A stretch of DNA of 64,000 nucleotides. Source: Williamsia sp. GTDB taxonomy: Bacteria; Actinomycetota; Actinomycetes; Mycobacteriales; Mycobacteriaceae. Position numbers and translations under genes: made by a program. This document shows positions 1-9,845 of the stretch, in pieces (within the stretch, counting starts at the first letter, position 1; the number at the start of each line of letters is the position of its first letter). Location of the stretch: the NCBI RefSeq assembly GCF_016462415.1, contig NZ_JAEMTF010000003.1, forward strand, positions 28,837 through 92,836, in the 5' to 3' direction. Under the pieces are notes generated by a model. It was not told the DNA's origin. It did not search any database and worked only from the letters and a program-made list of their open reading frames with translations.

Positions 1-1050
1 CACCATTAGCGGCTTCGGACCAAGACGCGGTGCCAGCGCCGACGCCACGCCTGCGGTGATCACGATGCCGCCGGTGATCGGCAGTGAGGCGACGCCGGAG
101 ATCACCGGGCTCATACCGAGGACGATCTGGAAGTAAAAGGTTAGGAACAGCGTCGCTCCTACGAGGACGGTTCCACATACGGCGGACCCGAAGAATGCCG
201 GCCCACGATCACGATGGAACAAGATGTTGAGCGGTAGCAGCGCATTCGCGGAGCGGGCTTCGACAAGTCCGAATACTCCAAGCAGGATCACGCCGCCGAC
301 AATGAACGAGATCGTTGTGGCCTGACCCCATCCGTTCTCCGCTTCGGTGAATCCGTACACCAGAGCGCCCAAGCCTAGGGCGACGAGAACAGCGCCCGGC
401 AGATCGTAGCGAGTGTCCCCATGGGCCTTGCTCTCCTTGACCACGGCCAAGGCGGCCACAATTGCGACCGCGACCACCGGCACATTCACGAGTAGGCACC
501 AGCGCCAGTTGGCGTACTCGGTCAACACTCCACCCAGTAGGAGGCCGATGGCCGCACCCCCGCCGGCGATCGCCCCGAAGACGCCAAATGCGGTTGACCG
601 CTCTTTGGGGTCAGTAAAGGTGACGGTTAGGATCGCCAGCGCTGCCGGTGCGAGCAGTGCTGCGAAGACTCCTTGGCCACCGCGGGCCAGGAACAGTTGC
701 CACGGTTCTTGAGCAAGCCCACCGATAGCGGATGCAACGGCGAAGCCGGCCATTCCCACTATGAACGACCGCTTGCGCCCCCAATAGTCGGACACCCGGC
801 CACCGAGCAGGAGCAGCGCACCGAACGACAAGGCGTAGGCGGTCACGACCCATGTCCTGCCTCCGTCACTGATCTGGAGATCCGCTTGCGCCTGCGGCAG
901 AGCTATATTCACGATTGTTGCATCCAGAACGATCATCAGCTGGGTCAACGCAACGATCGCGAGGACCAACCATCGGCGAGCATAGTTTGACGGGATCCTG
1001 TCCGAGGGGGCTACCGCCAGTTTCTGCTTTGCTTCTTTCGCGTCGCTCAC
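1..1050 (-). CDS. MFS transporter, DHA2 (EmrB/QacA-like) drug:H+ antiporter; 3' end cut by window edge
   Basis: Absent from the ORF track because there is no stop in the window. My minus-strand translation from GTG 1050-1048 reads VSDAKEAKQKLAVAPSDRIPSNYARRWLVLAIVALTQLMIVLDATIVNIALPQAQADLQISDGGRTWVVTAYALSFGALLLLGGRVSDYWGRKRSFIVGMAGFAVASAIGG... This is a classic DHA2 TM1-TM4 signature. The frame stays open to base 1 (350 codons). Confidence 0.75.
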   Translation of the reverse strand, partial: MSDAKEAKQKLAVAPSDRIPSNYARRWLVLAIVALTQLMIVLDATIVNIALPQAQADLQISDGGRTWVVTAYALSFGALLLLGGRVSDYWGRKRSFIVGMAGFAVASAIGGLAQEPWQLFLARGGQGVFAALLAPAALAILTVTFTDPKERSTAFGVFGAIAGGGAAIGLLLGGVLTEYANWRWCLLVNVPVVAVAIVAALAVVKESKAHGDTRYDLPGAVLVALGLGALVYGFTEAENGWGQATTISFIVGGVILLGVFGLVEARSANALLPLNILFHRDRGPAFFGSAVCGTVLVGATLFLTFYFQIVLGMSPVISGVASLPITGGIVITAGVASALAPRLGPKPLMV

Positions 1051-1185
1051 AGGAGCCTCGTAGGTTGTGGTCCGGCGTTTCGAATCTAACTACCTCAACA
1101 GCCCGCGCGTTACAGGGATTGGCCATCGCGACGGGCTGCGAAGAGGCACACATCGACGAAATCGCCACCGCTGTACGCGCATCAT

Positions 1186-1857
1186 CTACGAGGGCGGACC
1201 GTAATCCAGGATCTGCCAACCCTTGCCGGTGTTGGTCACCACCACTTTCAGCAACGTCGGCAATTCGCTTGGTTGAGTATTCTGCACATTCTGGGTCTTC
1301 TGGTTCGCGAAGACCATCACCGTGTACTTCCCGTCGGTCTTCTCCGTGACGCTCGTCGCGAGCACGCGGCCGGTCGCTTGCACCTGGGCTTGCTGCATGA
1401 TCTGGGTCAACGTCGGACGGACCTCGTCGTATCGCTTGACCAGGGCGTCGCCGGCATTCGTCTTCACTGCAGCGAAGAAGGCATCGGTGTTCTGGTAGCT
1501 GTACGTCAGTGATTTCGTGGTGTAGTCCGCTGCCGCGGCGGCTGCCTGTGCGCGCTGGGTGGCATCGGCATCTTTGGCGGAATTCACATCGTCGGCGTCG
1601 ACGTACAGGTACGCGAACACACCTACCAGCACTGCTAAGACCACGATCAGGACTATCGCGATCGCGCCGCGAGCACGCGCCGTGAGGTATCGCCGCGGCT
1701 TTTTTGCGACAACGGCGTCAAGGTCCGCCGTATCGCGAACGGGATCGTCGACCGTGTCGACCGGCTCGCTCACCACCACGTTTGAACCTGGTGTGCCCTC
1801 CGACTCGGTGCTCTGTGCGGGAGTGGTTCCCACACTCGATTGTTCGTGGTCTGTCAT
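1186..1857 (-). CDS. Mce-associated membrane protein (Mas/Mam-like)
   Basis: ORF 1186..2127 trimmed to ATG 1857 (MTDHEQSS...), about 47 nt downstream of the mceF stop. It has a single TM (AIAIVLIVVLAVLVGVFAYLY) followed by a ~150-aa extracytoplasmic domain. Position and architecture match Mce-associated proteins. Confidence 0.65.
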   Translation of the reverse strand: MTDHEQSSVGTTPAQSTESEGTPGSNVVVSEPVDTVDDPVRDTADLDAVVAKKPRRYLTARARGAIAIVLIVVLAVLVGVFAYLYVDADDVNSAKDADATQRAQAAAAAADYTTKSLTYSYQNTDAFFAAVKTNAGDALVKRYDEVRPTLTQIMQQAQVQATGRVLATSVTEKTDGKYTVMVFANQKTQNVQNTQPSELPTLLKVVVTNTGKGWQILDYGPPS

Positions 1858-1904
1858 GTGAGGCCTTTCTTGCACTGCGGCCGGGGTCGCAGTGTTCAGT
1901 TTCG

Positions 1905-2861
1905 TCACCGCGGTGACGGTGACGTGTTGATCGGAATCTGCGCGCTTCCCGGTTTCGACGCCGGGAATGTACGCGAGAGAAGGTCGCCGATCGATCCGAA
2001 GTCGACATAGGTGTTCGCGACCTTGGCCGTTGCCGGTTTGACAGCTCGGCTGATGGCCACCAGATCGGGCTGGAGGATCTGCAGGTAACCGTTCAACTTT
2101 GTGACGAGCTTCAGGATGGGAGGCCATTTGTCATATGACGTCGCCGAGAACTTGATGAACGCCCGCTGGATACGCGCCAACCCGCCGACTGCTGCCGGCG
2201 TCTCGACGGATGCGGCACTGAGAACGTCGCCGGTGTTCGACAGCAATCCGAGCAAGAACTCCGCGTTGTCCGCGGTCACCCGAACGGCACCGTCTTTGCC
2301 CACGAAGTCGACAAGGCGACCCATCATGTCACCGATCGTGGCCAGGTCCGCTTGCCGACCGTCCACCGCTTGCGACACGGTCTTGTTGATGGATTCGATT
2401 GCGGTGGGATCTAGTGCGTCCGCAACCGATGACAGTTTGGGCAGCACTTGCGGAACCGACGGATAGACGTGAACAGCGGTGGGCGGCACCACGTCGCCGC
2501 TGCCATAAAACCCGTCAGCGCTCGAATCGGCAGGTATGAAGTTGACGTATTGTTCGCCCGCTACCGACAGATTCTCTATTGTCATCACACTGTTTCGCGC
2601 GATCTTCGTTCCGGTCTCGACGCTCATGTCCACCTTGAGACCGCTGTCCGCCGCGTGGATCGCGGTGACCTTCCCCACCGGCAGTCCCTGCAGCATCACC
2701 GGCGAGGTGTCCAAGAGACCACCGGAGGCGTCGATGTATGCCGTCAGCGAATAGTCCGACCGCGCCGGGTTGATGCGAGCGACGACGACAACGAGGTAGG
2801 TGAGGCCCACAACGAGGACGACGAACAGGGCCAGCGCAGAAAGTCGCGCTCCTCGGGTCAT
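1905..2861 (-). CDS. mceF: MCE-family substrate-binding protein, sixth paralogue (MceF position)
   Basis: N-terminal TM (LSALALFVVLVVGLTYLVVVV) plus MlaD/Mce domain (YIDASGGLLDTSPVMLQGLPVGKVTAI). It is the last of six tandem Mce genes and overlaps the upstream gene by 4 nt. Confidence 0.85.
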   Translation of the reverse strand: MTRGARLSALALFVVLVVGLTYLVVVVARINPARSDYSLTAYIDASGGLLDTSPVMLQGLPVGKVTAIHAADSGLKVDMSVETGTKIARNSVMTIENLSVAGEQYVNFIPADSSADGFYGSGDVVPPTAVHVYPSVPQVLPKLSSVADALDPTAIESINKTVSQAVDGRQADLATIGDMMGRLVDFVGKDGAVRVTADNAEFLLGLLSNTGDVLSAASVETPAAVGGLARIQRAFIKFSATSYDKWPPILKLVTKLNGYLQILQPDLVAISRAVKPATAKVANTYVDFGSIGDLLSRTFPASKPGSAQIPINTSPSPR

Positions 2862-3898
2862 GGAAGCATTCCGATCGATTTCAAGACTGTGATGAACGAG
2901 CTGGCATCGCGGCGAGCGAGGTCACGGTTGTCGACGGAAATACCGGACACGTTGACGTTCGGTGAGCCGACGAACGGGATCAGCTTGTCGCGGATGACGC
3001 GGGTCGCTTGCTCGGTGACAGCTGCAGAGTAGATATCCGAATTCGCCAGCGAACGGACAACGGGGGCTATGGCAGCCACCGATGGCACGATCCGCGAGTT
3101 CTCAGGGTCGACGATTGCACCGGCCGCCGTAGAAAAGTCACGCAGATTCGCGATGAGGAGCGCGACGTCGATGAGGGTGTAACCCAGTCCGTAGAAATTT
3201 TTCCCACCCTTGATGAGCACGCGATCCAACGCGGCGGGGTCCGATAACACAACTTTCAGCGTTCGGTTGGCGGAGGTCAGCACCACGTCGAGCTTGTCCG
3301 TGTTCGACGAGACCTCCGACAACGTGGCGAGCGTTGTCCGATATAGAGTGTCGAACTGCTCTGGACTCTTGGGGAACGCGGTGTTGAGCGTCGAAATCGC
3401 CGTGTGGACCTTCGACAGCTCGCCTCCGCCCAAGACGTTGGCCATGCCACGCATCACGTCCTCGACATTGGCCGCCGGCTCGGTTCGGGACAGGGGGATG
3501 ACGGAGCCGGATCTCAACATGTCGGCGGTCGTCGGATCGCTAGGCGGAAGGATCGAGACATAGATCTCACCCAGTAGAGTGTCCTGCCTCAACTCAGCAC
3601 GGGAATCGGCGGGAAGTCGCGAATCTGACGTGACCTGAGCCCGGACCAGTGCGTGTCCGTTCTCGTAGGTGACGTCCTTGACCGTCCCGATATCTGCACC
3701 ATTTGAAAGAACCTTCGCCTGCGCGGGGAGGTTCAGCGCACTCGTGAACTCCATGCCGATGGTGTACCCGCGGCTACCGGAAGTAGTGAACGACGGCGGG
3801 TTGTCCGCGTTGATGCCACACGACGTCACTACCAGCACGACGGAGACCCCTGACATGAGGATCGGCAATCCCCGTCGTAACCGAATGCCCCTGATCAT
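2858..3898 (-). CDS. mceE: MCE-family lipoprotein (MceE / Lpr-like position)
   Basis: ORF 2858..3982 trimmed to ATG 3898, which forms an ATGA overlap with the mceD stop. The N-terminus MIRGIRLRRGLPILMSGVSVVLVVTSCG has a lipobox-like Cys. Mce domain present (LNLPAQAKVLSNGADIGTVKDV). Confidence 0.8.
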   Translation of the reverse strand: MIRGIRLRRGLPILMSGVSVVLVVTSCGINADNPPSFTTSGSRGYTIGMEFTSALNLPAQAKVLSNGADIGTVKDVTYENGHALVRAQVTSDSRLPADSRAELRQDTLLGEIYVSILPPSDPTTADMLRSGSVIPLSRTEPAANVEDVMRGMANVLGGGELSKVHTAISTLNTAFPKSPEQFDTLYRTTLATLSEVSSNTDKLDVVLTSANRTLKVVLSDPAALDRVLIKGGKNFYGLGYTLIDVALLIANLRDFSTAAGAIVDPENSRIVPSVAAIAPVVRSLANSDIYSAAVTEQATRVIRDKLIPFVGSPNVNVSGISVDNRDLARRDASSFITVLKSIGMLP

Positions 3899-4989
3899 CG
3901 CGGTCCTCCACCCATCAACGACGATACTGCGGCGGAGGCTCCGCCGGGAGCGCAAACGTCTGCTGCCGCCCGACTGTTGCACGCACCCACAACCTGACGG
4001 AGCGGCAACGACACGGCGAACGCCTTCAGGATGGATTGCGAATCAGGATATTTGACGATGAGGTCCGCAGTGCGCGCCGCGGAAGCGGCCACAAGGTTCA
4101 GCTGATCGCCAGCCTTGGCGATCAGCGGTACCGAGGCGTCACCGATCGCAAAGATGGGCGGGCCGAAGTCGGTCGACAGCCGGGACAGAATCGGCACGAA
4201 TACGCCCGCATATTCGACGGCAGCGCCAAATGTCTGGCCGAAGGCAACGATGACCTGGATGGCTTCCACGAAATGGTCGAACAGGGCCGTGACTTGTGCA
4301 GAATTATCGGTCGCCACTCCGGTGAGTGTGGCGAGATTTCCGACAATGCGCCTGATCTGACCGTCCCGCTTTGCCGGATCATTTATCAACGCCGCGGAAT
4401 TCTTGATGATTGACGAGATATCTCCGTCGGACCCCTTCAAATTGCGGGCGACAAGATTGAGCGACTGCAGAACGGCATCGGTGTTCCGGCCATTGTCCTT
4501 GACGAGATCATCAGACAGATTACTCAAGGACTCGAGCGTCTGACTGATTCCTAGCGGGGTTCTCGTGTTGGCCAGAGGGACACACTGCATTCCGTTGTAG
4601 CGGGCTCCACCGGCGTAGGGCTTTGTGAACTCGATCTGCCGCTCCGTGACGATTGACGTCGACACCAACGTGAGACCCACGTCCGCGGGTAGCGGAACGC
4701 TCTTGTCGACCTTCATGTCGACTCGAACCCCGCGTCCACCGTCATCGTTGTTTTGCGCGACCTTTGTGACGCTTCCGATCTTTTTACCAAGCATCGCAAC
4801 CGCGTTCCCATTAAATAGACCGGAGGCGTCGCTGAAGATCGCGCACATCGTGCGTGTGTTGCCCTCGGAAGCGGAGCGGCCGACGACCCCACCAACAACC
4901 GCGACCAGAACAGCCACCACGACTGCGGTGGGAACCAGCCACGATCTCAATCCTCGTCTCAACATTTGTCCTCGCCAGTCGGGATACAC
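3895..4989 (-). CDS. mceD: MCE-family protein (MceD position)
   Basis: TM (WLVPTAVVVAVLVAVVGGVV) plus Mce domain (FSDASGLFNGNAVAMLGKKIGSVTKV). An alternative start at ATG 4965 (MLRRGL...) would remove the overlap with mceC. Confidence 0.85.
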   Translation of the reverse strand: MYPDWRGQMLRRGLRSWLVPTAVVVAVLVAVVGGVVGRSASEGNTRTMCAIFSDASGLFNGNAVAMLGKKIGSVTKVAQNNDDGGRGVRVDMKVDKSVPLPADVGLTLVSTSIVTERQIEFTKPYAGGARYNGMQCVPLANTRTPLGISQTLESLSNLSDDLVKDNGRNTDAVLQSLNLVARNLKGSDGDISSIIKNSAALINDPAKRDGQIRRIVGNLATLTGVATDNSAQVTALFDHFVEAIQVIVAFGQTFGAAVEYAGVFVPILSRLSTDFGPPIFAIGDASVPLIAKAGDQLNLVAASAARTADLIVKYPDSQSILKAFAVSLPLRQVVGACNSRAAADVCAPGGASAAVSSLMGGGPR

Positions 4990-5963
4990 ATACGTAATTG
5001 GGGCTTCTGAGGGGTCGGTGCGCTGACGGGCGCGTCGAGCAGGATCCCGAGTTGACGCGAGATCTGGTCGACTTGTGTCAGCGCGTTCGAATACCCCGGC
5101 AACCCAGTTGCAACTTTGTCGAGCAGCTTCTTGAACTGCTGAACCGACGGTTCGATCCCGTCTTGATATGCAACCAGCGGCCTGGTGAGGAGTTTGAACA
5201 AGCGCCGCAAATAGTCAAATCCATCCCGCACGTTCTGGATGTCAGGGCCGAGTGTGCTCGCGAGGAAACTCAGCTGGCGCAGAAAGTCGACCAGCACCTG
5301 CTTGCGGTCGGCGAGCGCCTTGACGTACTCGTCAGAGAGCGAGACAGCACTGTCGAGCTGACCGTACTGTCGCTCGAGCAGATCGACCAGGCTGCTGGTG
5401 TTGCGTAAAGCGTCTGGGAGGTTCGTGTTTCCGTCGGAGAACGCCTTTTGCAACAGGTCGGCTGTCTTGCGCAGATCAACTGCTTTGACGTCGCGAAAAA
5501 TCGGTGTGGTGGTTTCGAGCGTGTCGGAAATATCGTAGGTACTCGATGTCTGCACAAGAGGTATCGGTCCCGACAACTTCTGCGATCCCGATCCTGGATT
5601 CAGGTCCAGGACTCGCCCTCCGATCGGCGTCACCAGACGGACGTTCGCCGTGGCGTTCGACCGAACTGGAATCGCGTCGTCGAGCCGGAACTTAACGGTG
5701 ATGAACGTCCCGGTCAGATCCACCGCCGAGACCTTGCCCTTACGGATACCGGCAATGCGGACTTGATCACCGGACTTCAAGCCGCCTGTATTGATCAGCT
5801 GTGCCGACAGGGTTCGTTGCCCAGGAGGCATGACGTAGGTGACGCCGGCGATCACGAGACCGACGACCAAAAGCAGAGACAGCACGCCTGCCACGATTAG
5901 GTTCCGTCCGCGTTCGGGCCGATTGTGCGGTCGGTTGGAATTGAACACGGATCTCACTGGCAC
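4959..5963 (-). CDS. mceC: MCE-family protein (MceC position)
   Basis: TM (LIVAGVLSLLLVVGLVIAGV) plus Mce domain (LINTGGLKSGDQVRIAGIRKGKVSAVDL). Confidence 0.85.
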   Translation of the reverse strand: MPVRSVFNSNRPHNRPERGRNLIVAGVLSLLLVVGLVIAGVTYVMPPGQRTLSAQLINTGGLKSGDQVRIAGIRKGKVSAVDLTGTFITVKFRLDDAIPVRSNATANVRLVTPIGGRVLDLNPGSGSQKLSGPIPLVQTSSTYDISDTLETTTPIFRDVKAVDLRKTADLLQKAFSDGNTNLPDALRNTSSLVDLLERQYGQLDSAVSLSDEYVKALADRKQVLVDFLRQLSFLASTLGPDIQNVRDGFDYLRRLFKLLTRPLVAYQDGIEPSVQQFKKLLDKVATGLPGYSNALTQVDQISRQLGILLDAPVSAPTPQKPQLRMCIPTGEDKC

Positions 5964-6958
5964 ACAACCAATCGTTGGCCCATCAACGCGATCTGGGCGG
6001 TTCTGGGCAAGGTGAGCGGACTACCGGAACACTTCGCGTCGGACGTGGTCGCGTGGGTTGCACCGGCCAATGCGTCGAGGACCGGCTTCAGCAGAACTGC
6101 TCCATTGAGAAGTCGTTCTGAATCACCCGGCTCACGCAGCAATCGTTGGTAGATCACCGCGTAGCTGTCGTCGTACGTCGACTCGAACTGCTCACCGATC
6201 TTCACGGTGTTGGCAAGTGACCGATTGACCTCGCGGAGCGATGCACGGAGCCGATCACTGACACGGCTGAAGGCGTCCACAATCGATCCCAGTTTGTCGA
6301 CGAGTTCTACCAACTGCGCCGATCGTCCCCGCAGCTGATCGGAAACCCGGCCAAGGCTGGTCACGATATTGGTGATGATCTCAGATCGCTGGTTGCCGTA
6401 CGCGGTGATGTTCTCGACCTGTTTGAGAACCGGAGATAACCCACTACCGTCGCCTTGCGCGACTCGAAGCAGATTGGCCTGCAACTCATTGATCTCGTTG
6501 GCGTTAAGCGTGTCAAAGACGGGTTTGAATCCGTTGAACAGTGTCGACACGTCAAACGATGGAATGGTTTTGTCGAGGGCCACCTGAGTGAGCGACCCTT
6601 GTGTGTCGTTCTGCTGCGCACCGATGAGCTCGACATATCGCTGGCCCAAGAGGTTCTGGTACCGCACCGCAGCACTCGTCTTGTCAGTGATGGTGATGTC
6701 TTTGTTCAGCTGGAATCGCACAACGGCAGTGGCGCCCTTAAGATCGACCGCCGTCACATATCCGACCTTGACGCCGGCCAAGCGCACCCCGTCGCGGGGC
6801 TTGAGGCCCGACGCATCGCTGAATACAGCGGAATGTTCCGAACTCCCATCCTGCGAAGCCGGCTCCAGAATGGCGACGATCACATAGGTCAGTAGCCCGA
6901 TCACCACAAAAAAACTCAGGATTTTTATAATCGTGGGAATCAACGACTTGAGAGTCAT
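5954..6958 (-). CDS. mceB: MCE-family protein (MceB position)
   Basis: TM (IIKILSFFVVIGLLTYVIVAIL) plus Mce domain (FSDASGLKPRDGVRLAGVKVGYVTAVDL). 4-nt overlap with mceA. Confidence 0.85.
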   Translation of the reverse strand: MTLKSLIPTIIKILSFFVVIGLLTYVIVAILEPASQDGSSEHSAVFSDASGLKPRDGVRLAGVKVGYVTAVDLKGATAVVRFQLNKDITITDKTSAAVRYQNLLGQRYVELIGAQQNDTQGSLTQVALDKTIPSFDVSTLFNGFKPVFDTLNANEINELQANLLRVAQGDGSGLSPVLKQVENITAYGNQRSEIITNIVTSLGRVSDQLRGRSAQLVELVDKLGSIVDAFSRVSDRLRASLREVNRSLANTVKIGEQFESTYDDSYAVIYQRLLREPGDSERLLNGAVLLKPVLDALAGATHATTSDAKCSGSPLTLPRTAQIALMGQRLVVCQ

Positions 6959-7989
6959 TTGACAGCCCTTCCCGCCGCCAGCGCGCTCTGCAAAGCAGGC
7001 GACGTGCGAATAATCAGCGCGACGTGCAGCTGCACTTTGTTGTCGACACGCGGCGTTGCCTTGTCGATTCCGTCAAGGATCTGCGGGACCGAGTCCATGG
7101 TCCGAACCAGACCCGACGCAGAACGTGCCACAGGAAGTGCGAGATCAAGCCCTACGTCCAATAGTGAGCTGAGTGCCGCGTAATTCTTCGTCAACAGGCC
7201 GCCGAGTCCGCCGAACAGCACCTCGCCGGTATCCTTCAGATTGCTCTTCGCGATGTCGATGCCGCGCTGATTGCCGAAGAAGTCAGCAATGTCTACGTTG
7301 AGATATATGCCCGGGATAAATGGCTTCATGAAATCCGCAATGCCTTGAGACAAATCAGCAGCAATCGCAAGGTCTTTACCGACGGGTCGTTTCTGTACAT
7401 CGCGGGTGAGCTGTGCGATCTGGAACGCCAACTTACCGGTGTCGGCGAATGTCTGAGAGTCATCGACGATGAACTTCGTCACCGCTTTGAACGACGGTTG
7501 ATCGAGAACTTGGACCAGGTTTGAGATCTTGCGGATCAGGGTCGACACCGAGGTCTGCTCGGTCTGCGCCCGCGAGACGCTGACCACCCCTCCGTCTCGG
7601 ACCCGCGCTCCGTCGCCCAGGTCGACGATCTCGAGAGCAGTCGGTCCCAAAGCATTCGCGGAGGTGTAATTTACCGACAAACCCTGCTTCGGATTTATGG
7701 CGCCGTTTCCCCCGGTGAATTCGATCTTCACGGCCGTGCCGCGGGTGCCGACTTTGACACTCGACACTCGCCCCACGGTCAGGCCCCGATACTTGACCTC
7801 CGAACCGCCCTTCAACCCATCGCCGATCACATCGGTGTTCAAGGTGAAAGTCTTGTCCGCGTTGACTTTCGTCGTGGTGTCGACGAGGAAGTAACCCGCA
7901 ATGATCACCACCACCAGCACAGCCACGCCACGTACGATCTGGCTCTTGCGCGACGGCGCACGCCCGGATAGATCTTTGAAGACAGCCAT
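6955..7989 (-). CDS. mceA: MCE-family protein (MceA position)
   Basis: TM (VRGVAVLVVVIIAGYFLV) plus Mce domain (GDGLKGGSEVKYRGLTVGRVSSVKV). First Mce gene after the two permeases. Confidence 0.85.
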   Translation of the reverse strand: MAVFKDLSGRAPSRKSQIVRGVAVLVVVIIAGYFLVDTTTKVNADKTFTLNTDVIGDGLKGGSEVKYRGLTVGRVSSVKVGTRGTAVKIEFTGGNGAINPKQGLSVNYTSANALGPTALEIVDLGDGARVRDGGVVSVSRAQTEQTSVSTLIRKISNLVQVLDQPSFKAVTKFIVDDSQTFADTGKLAFQIAQLTRDVQKRPVGKDLAIAADLSQGIADFMKPFIPGIYLNVDIADFFGNQRGIDIAKSNLKDTGEVLFGGLGGLLTKNYAALSSLLDVGLDLALPVARSASGLVRTMDSVPQILDGIDKATPRVDNKVQLHVALIIRTSPALQSALAAGRAVK

Positions 7990-7998
7990 CTGAACCCC

Positions 7999-8865
7999 CT
8001 ACCCTGAGATCCGGACGCCTGAATCAAAGCCCCACATCAACAGTGTCAGCACCATGTCCTCGACGACGATGATTATGAGGCTGCTCCGAATCGCTCGGCC
8101 TGAGGCACGACCCACTCCTTCCGCTCCACCGGTGGCGTAATAACCCTGGTAGCTGTGCACGATGACCACGGAAACGACGAACACCAGGACCTTGATCATT
8201 GAAAACAATAGATCGCGTGGCACAAGGAATTCGTTGAAATAGAAATCGTAGGTGCCGCCCGATTGTCCGTGTCCGATGGTGACGACCAGTTTGGCGGCAA
8301 AATACCCGAGAATGAGGGTGACAATGTAGAGCGGGATAACTGTGGTCACCGCCGCAACCACTCGCGTGCTCACCACAAAAGGAATCGGACGCACGGCCAT
8401 CGATTCCAGGGCGTCGATCTCCTCAGCAATACGCATCGACCCGATCTCTGCGGTCAAGCGGCAACCCGCTTGAGCCGCGAATCCGATCGCCGCGATAATC
8501 GGGGCGAGTTCGCGTGTGTTTGCGTACGACGACAAGAATCCGGTCAATGAACTCATCCCGACCAGGTCAAGTGACGCATAGCCCTGGATGCCGATGGACG
8601 CGCCGACGGCAATACCGAGTATGGCGAGAACGATCGCCGTGCCGCCGCCGACTAAGACCGCTCCACGGCCCCAAGCGAACTCTTGTATGTAGAGCAACGT
8701 CTGACGCCGATATGTGGTCGCCACGTGTCGGAGTCCCATGACCGTTTCGATGACAAAGGTGAAGACATGGCCCACCTGCTCGGCAATTCCGGTGGTTGCA
8801 TTCGCTACGCCGGCGAGTGTTCGGATGCCAGGTCTAGTTTGAAGAGAAGGCACAGCTAGGTTCAT
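7999..8865 (-). CDS. yrbEB: MlaE/YrbE-family ABC permease (YrbEB position)
   Basis: Polytopic protein with MlaE-like core (TRELAPIIAAIGFAAQAGCRLTAEIGSMRIAEEIDALESMAVRPIPFVVSTRV). Confidence 0.9.
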   Translation of the reverse strand: MNLAVPSLQTRPGIRTLAGVANATTGIAEQVGHVFTFVIETVMGLRHVATTYRRQTLLYIQEFAWGRGAVLVGGGTAIVLAILGIAVGASIGIQGYASLDLVGMSSLTGFLSSYANTRELAPIIAAIGFAAQAGCRLTAEIGSMRIAEEIDALESMAVRPIPFVVSTRVVAAVTTVIPLYIVTLILGYFAAKLVVTIGHGQSGGTYDFYFNEFLVPRDLLFSMIKVLVFVVSVVIVHSYQGYYATGGAEGVGRASGRAIRSSLIIIVVEDMVLTLLMWGFDSGVRISG

Positions 8866-8874
8866 GTTGGTCTG

Positions 8875-9657
8875 CTATCCGATGGTCTGGGGTACAAACA
8901 TGGTCGTGAGCTGCGTGATCAGCACATTGATGATGAAGCAAGACACGACACCCAGAACGACCGTCGCGTTGACCGACTGTGCGACTCCCGCCGGTCCACC
9001 TTTTGTCGAAAGTCCGCGTTGGCATGCGATCGCGACGACGACGAGACCGAACACGAGCGACTTGATCAGAGCAACCACGATGTCTGTCACAGACGCGAAG
9101 GACGCAAAGGAAGCGGTGTAGCTGCCAGGGGTGATTCCCTGAACGTTCACGCTGATGATGTAGCCCGCCAGGAGCCCCGTGAACACGATCAACATGCAGA
9201 GCATCGGCGCTGTGACGAGGACTGAGACAACGCGTGGCGCAACGACTCGGCGTGTCGGATTCAAGCCCAGGGTTTCCATGGCGTCGATCTCTTCTCGGAT
9301 CGTCCGCGCGCCGAGGTCGGCTGCGATGGCCGATCCCGCCGCACCCCCGAGCAGGAGCGCCGTCACGATCGGCGCTCCCTGCTGAATGATTCCGAGTCCG
9401 CCGGCTGCTCCGGCGATAGATGTCGCGCCCACTTGCTGGGTCAGGCTCCCGACCTGCACCGAAACGATGACGCCGAACGGTATAGCCACCAAAATCGCCG
9501 GCAGAGTGGTCACGGTGATCACAAACCAGGTTTGCGTGATGAATTCCCGGAACGGAAAGCGGCCGGTGACGATGTCGCGGACAGTCCATCTCAGCGCCCC
9601 GCCCGCCATCGTGGCTGTACTCCCAAAGGTCGCCAGGCTGTCTGCTGTTCGACCCAC
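8875..9657 (-). CDS. yrbEA: MlaE/YrbE-family ABC permease (YrbEA position)
   Basis: MlaE-like core (GAPIVTALLLGGAAGSAIAADLGARTIREEIDAMETLGLNPTRRVVAPRV). First gene of the mce operon. Confidence 0.9.
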   Translation of the reverse strand: MGRTADSLATFGSTATMAGGALRWTVRDIVTGRFPFREFITQTWFVITVTTLPAILVAIPFGVIVSVQVGSLTQQVGATSIAGAAGGLGIIQQGAPIVTALLLGGAAGSAIAADLGARTIREEIDAMETLGLNPTRRVVAPRVVSVLVTAPMLCMLIVFTGLLAGYIISVNVQGITPGSYTASFASFASVTDIVVALIKSLVFGLVVVAIACQRGLSTKGGPAGVAQSVNATVVLGVVSCFIINVLITQLTTMFVPQTIG

Positions 9658-9845
9658 TATTCGACTGGTAATTGATTGCTCCTGACAACACAGATCCGTA
9701 TCTCATCGCGAATTCGTTCCTGAGGGTATCAGGTACTTGGAGTACGTTCACCGGTTCAGGAAATTGGCATGTCCTCAGTTATCTGCGCATCCTGTTTTTG
9801 CTTCCTGTTGCCGTGAACTGGGCGGATATGGCTTTCGATGACCAT

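Noticed and set aside
8834-9751. 305-aa minus-strand ORF overlapping yrbEA
   Set aside because: It overlaps the clearly MlaE-like ORF 8875..9657 in another frame. Its Arg/Gly/His-rich composition is typical of high-GC shadow frames.
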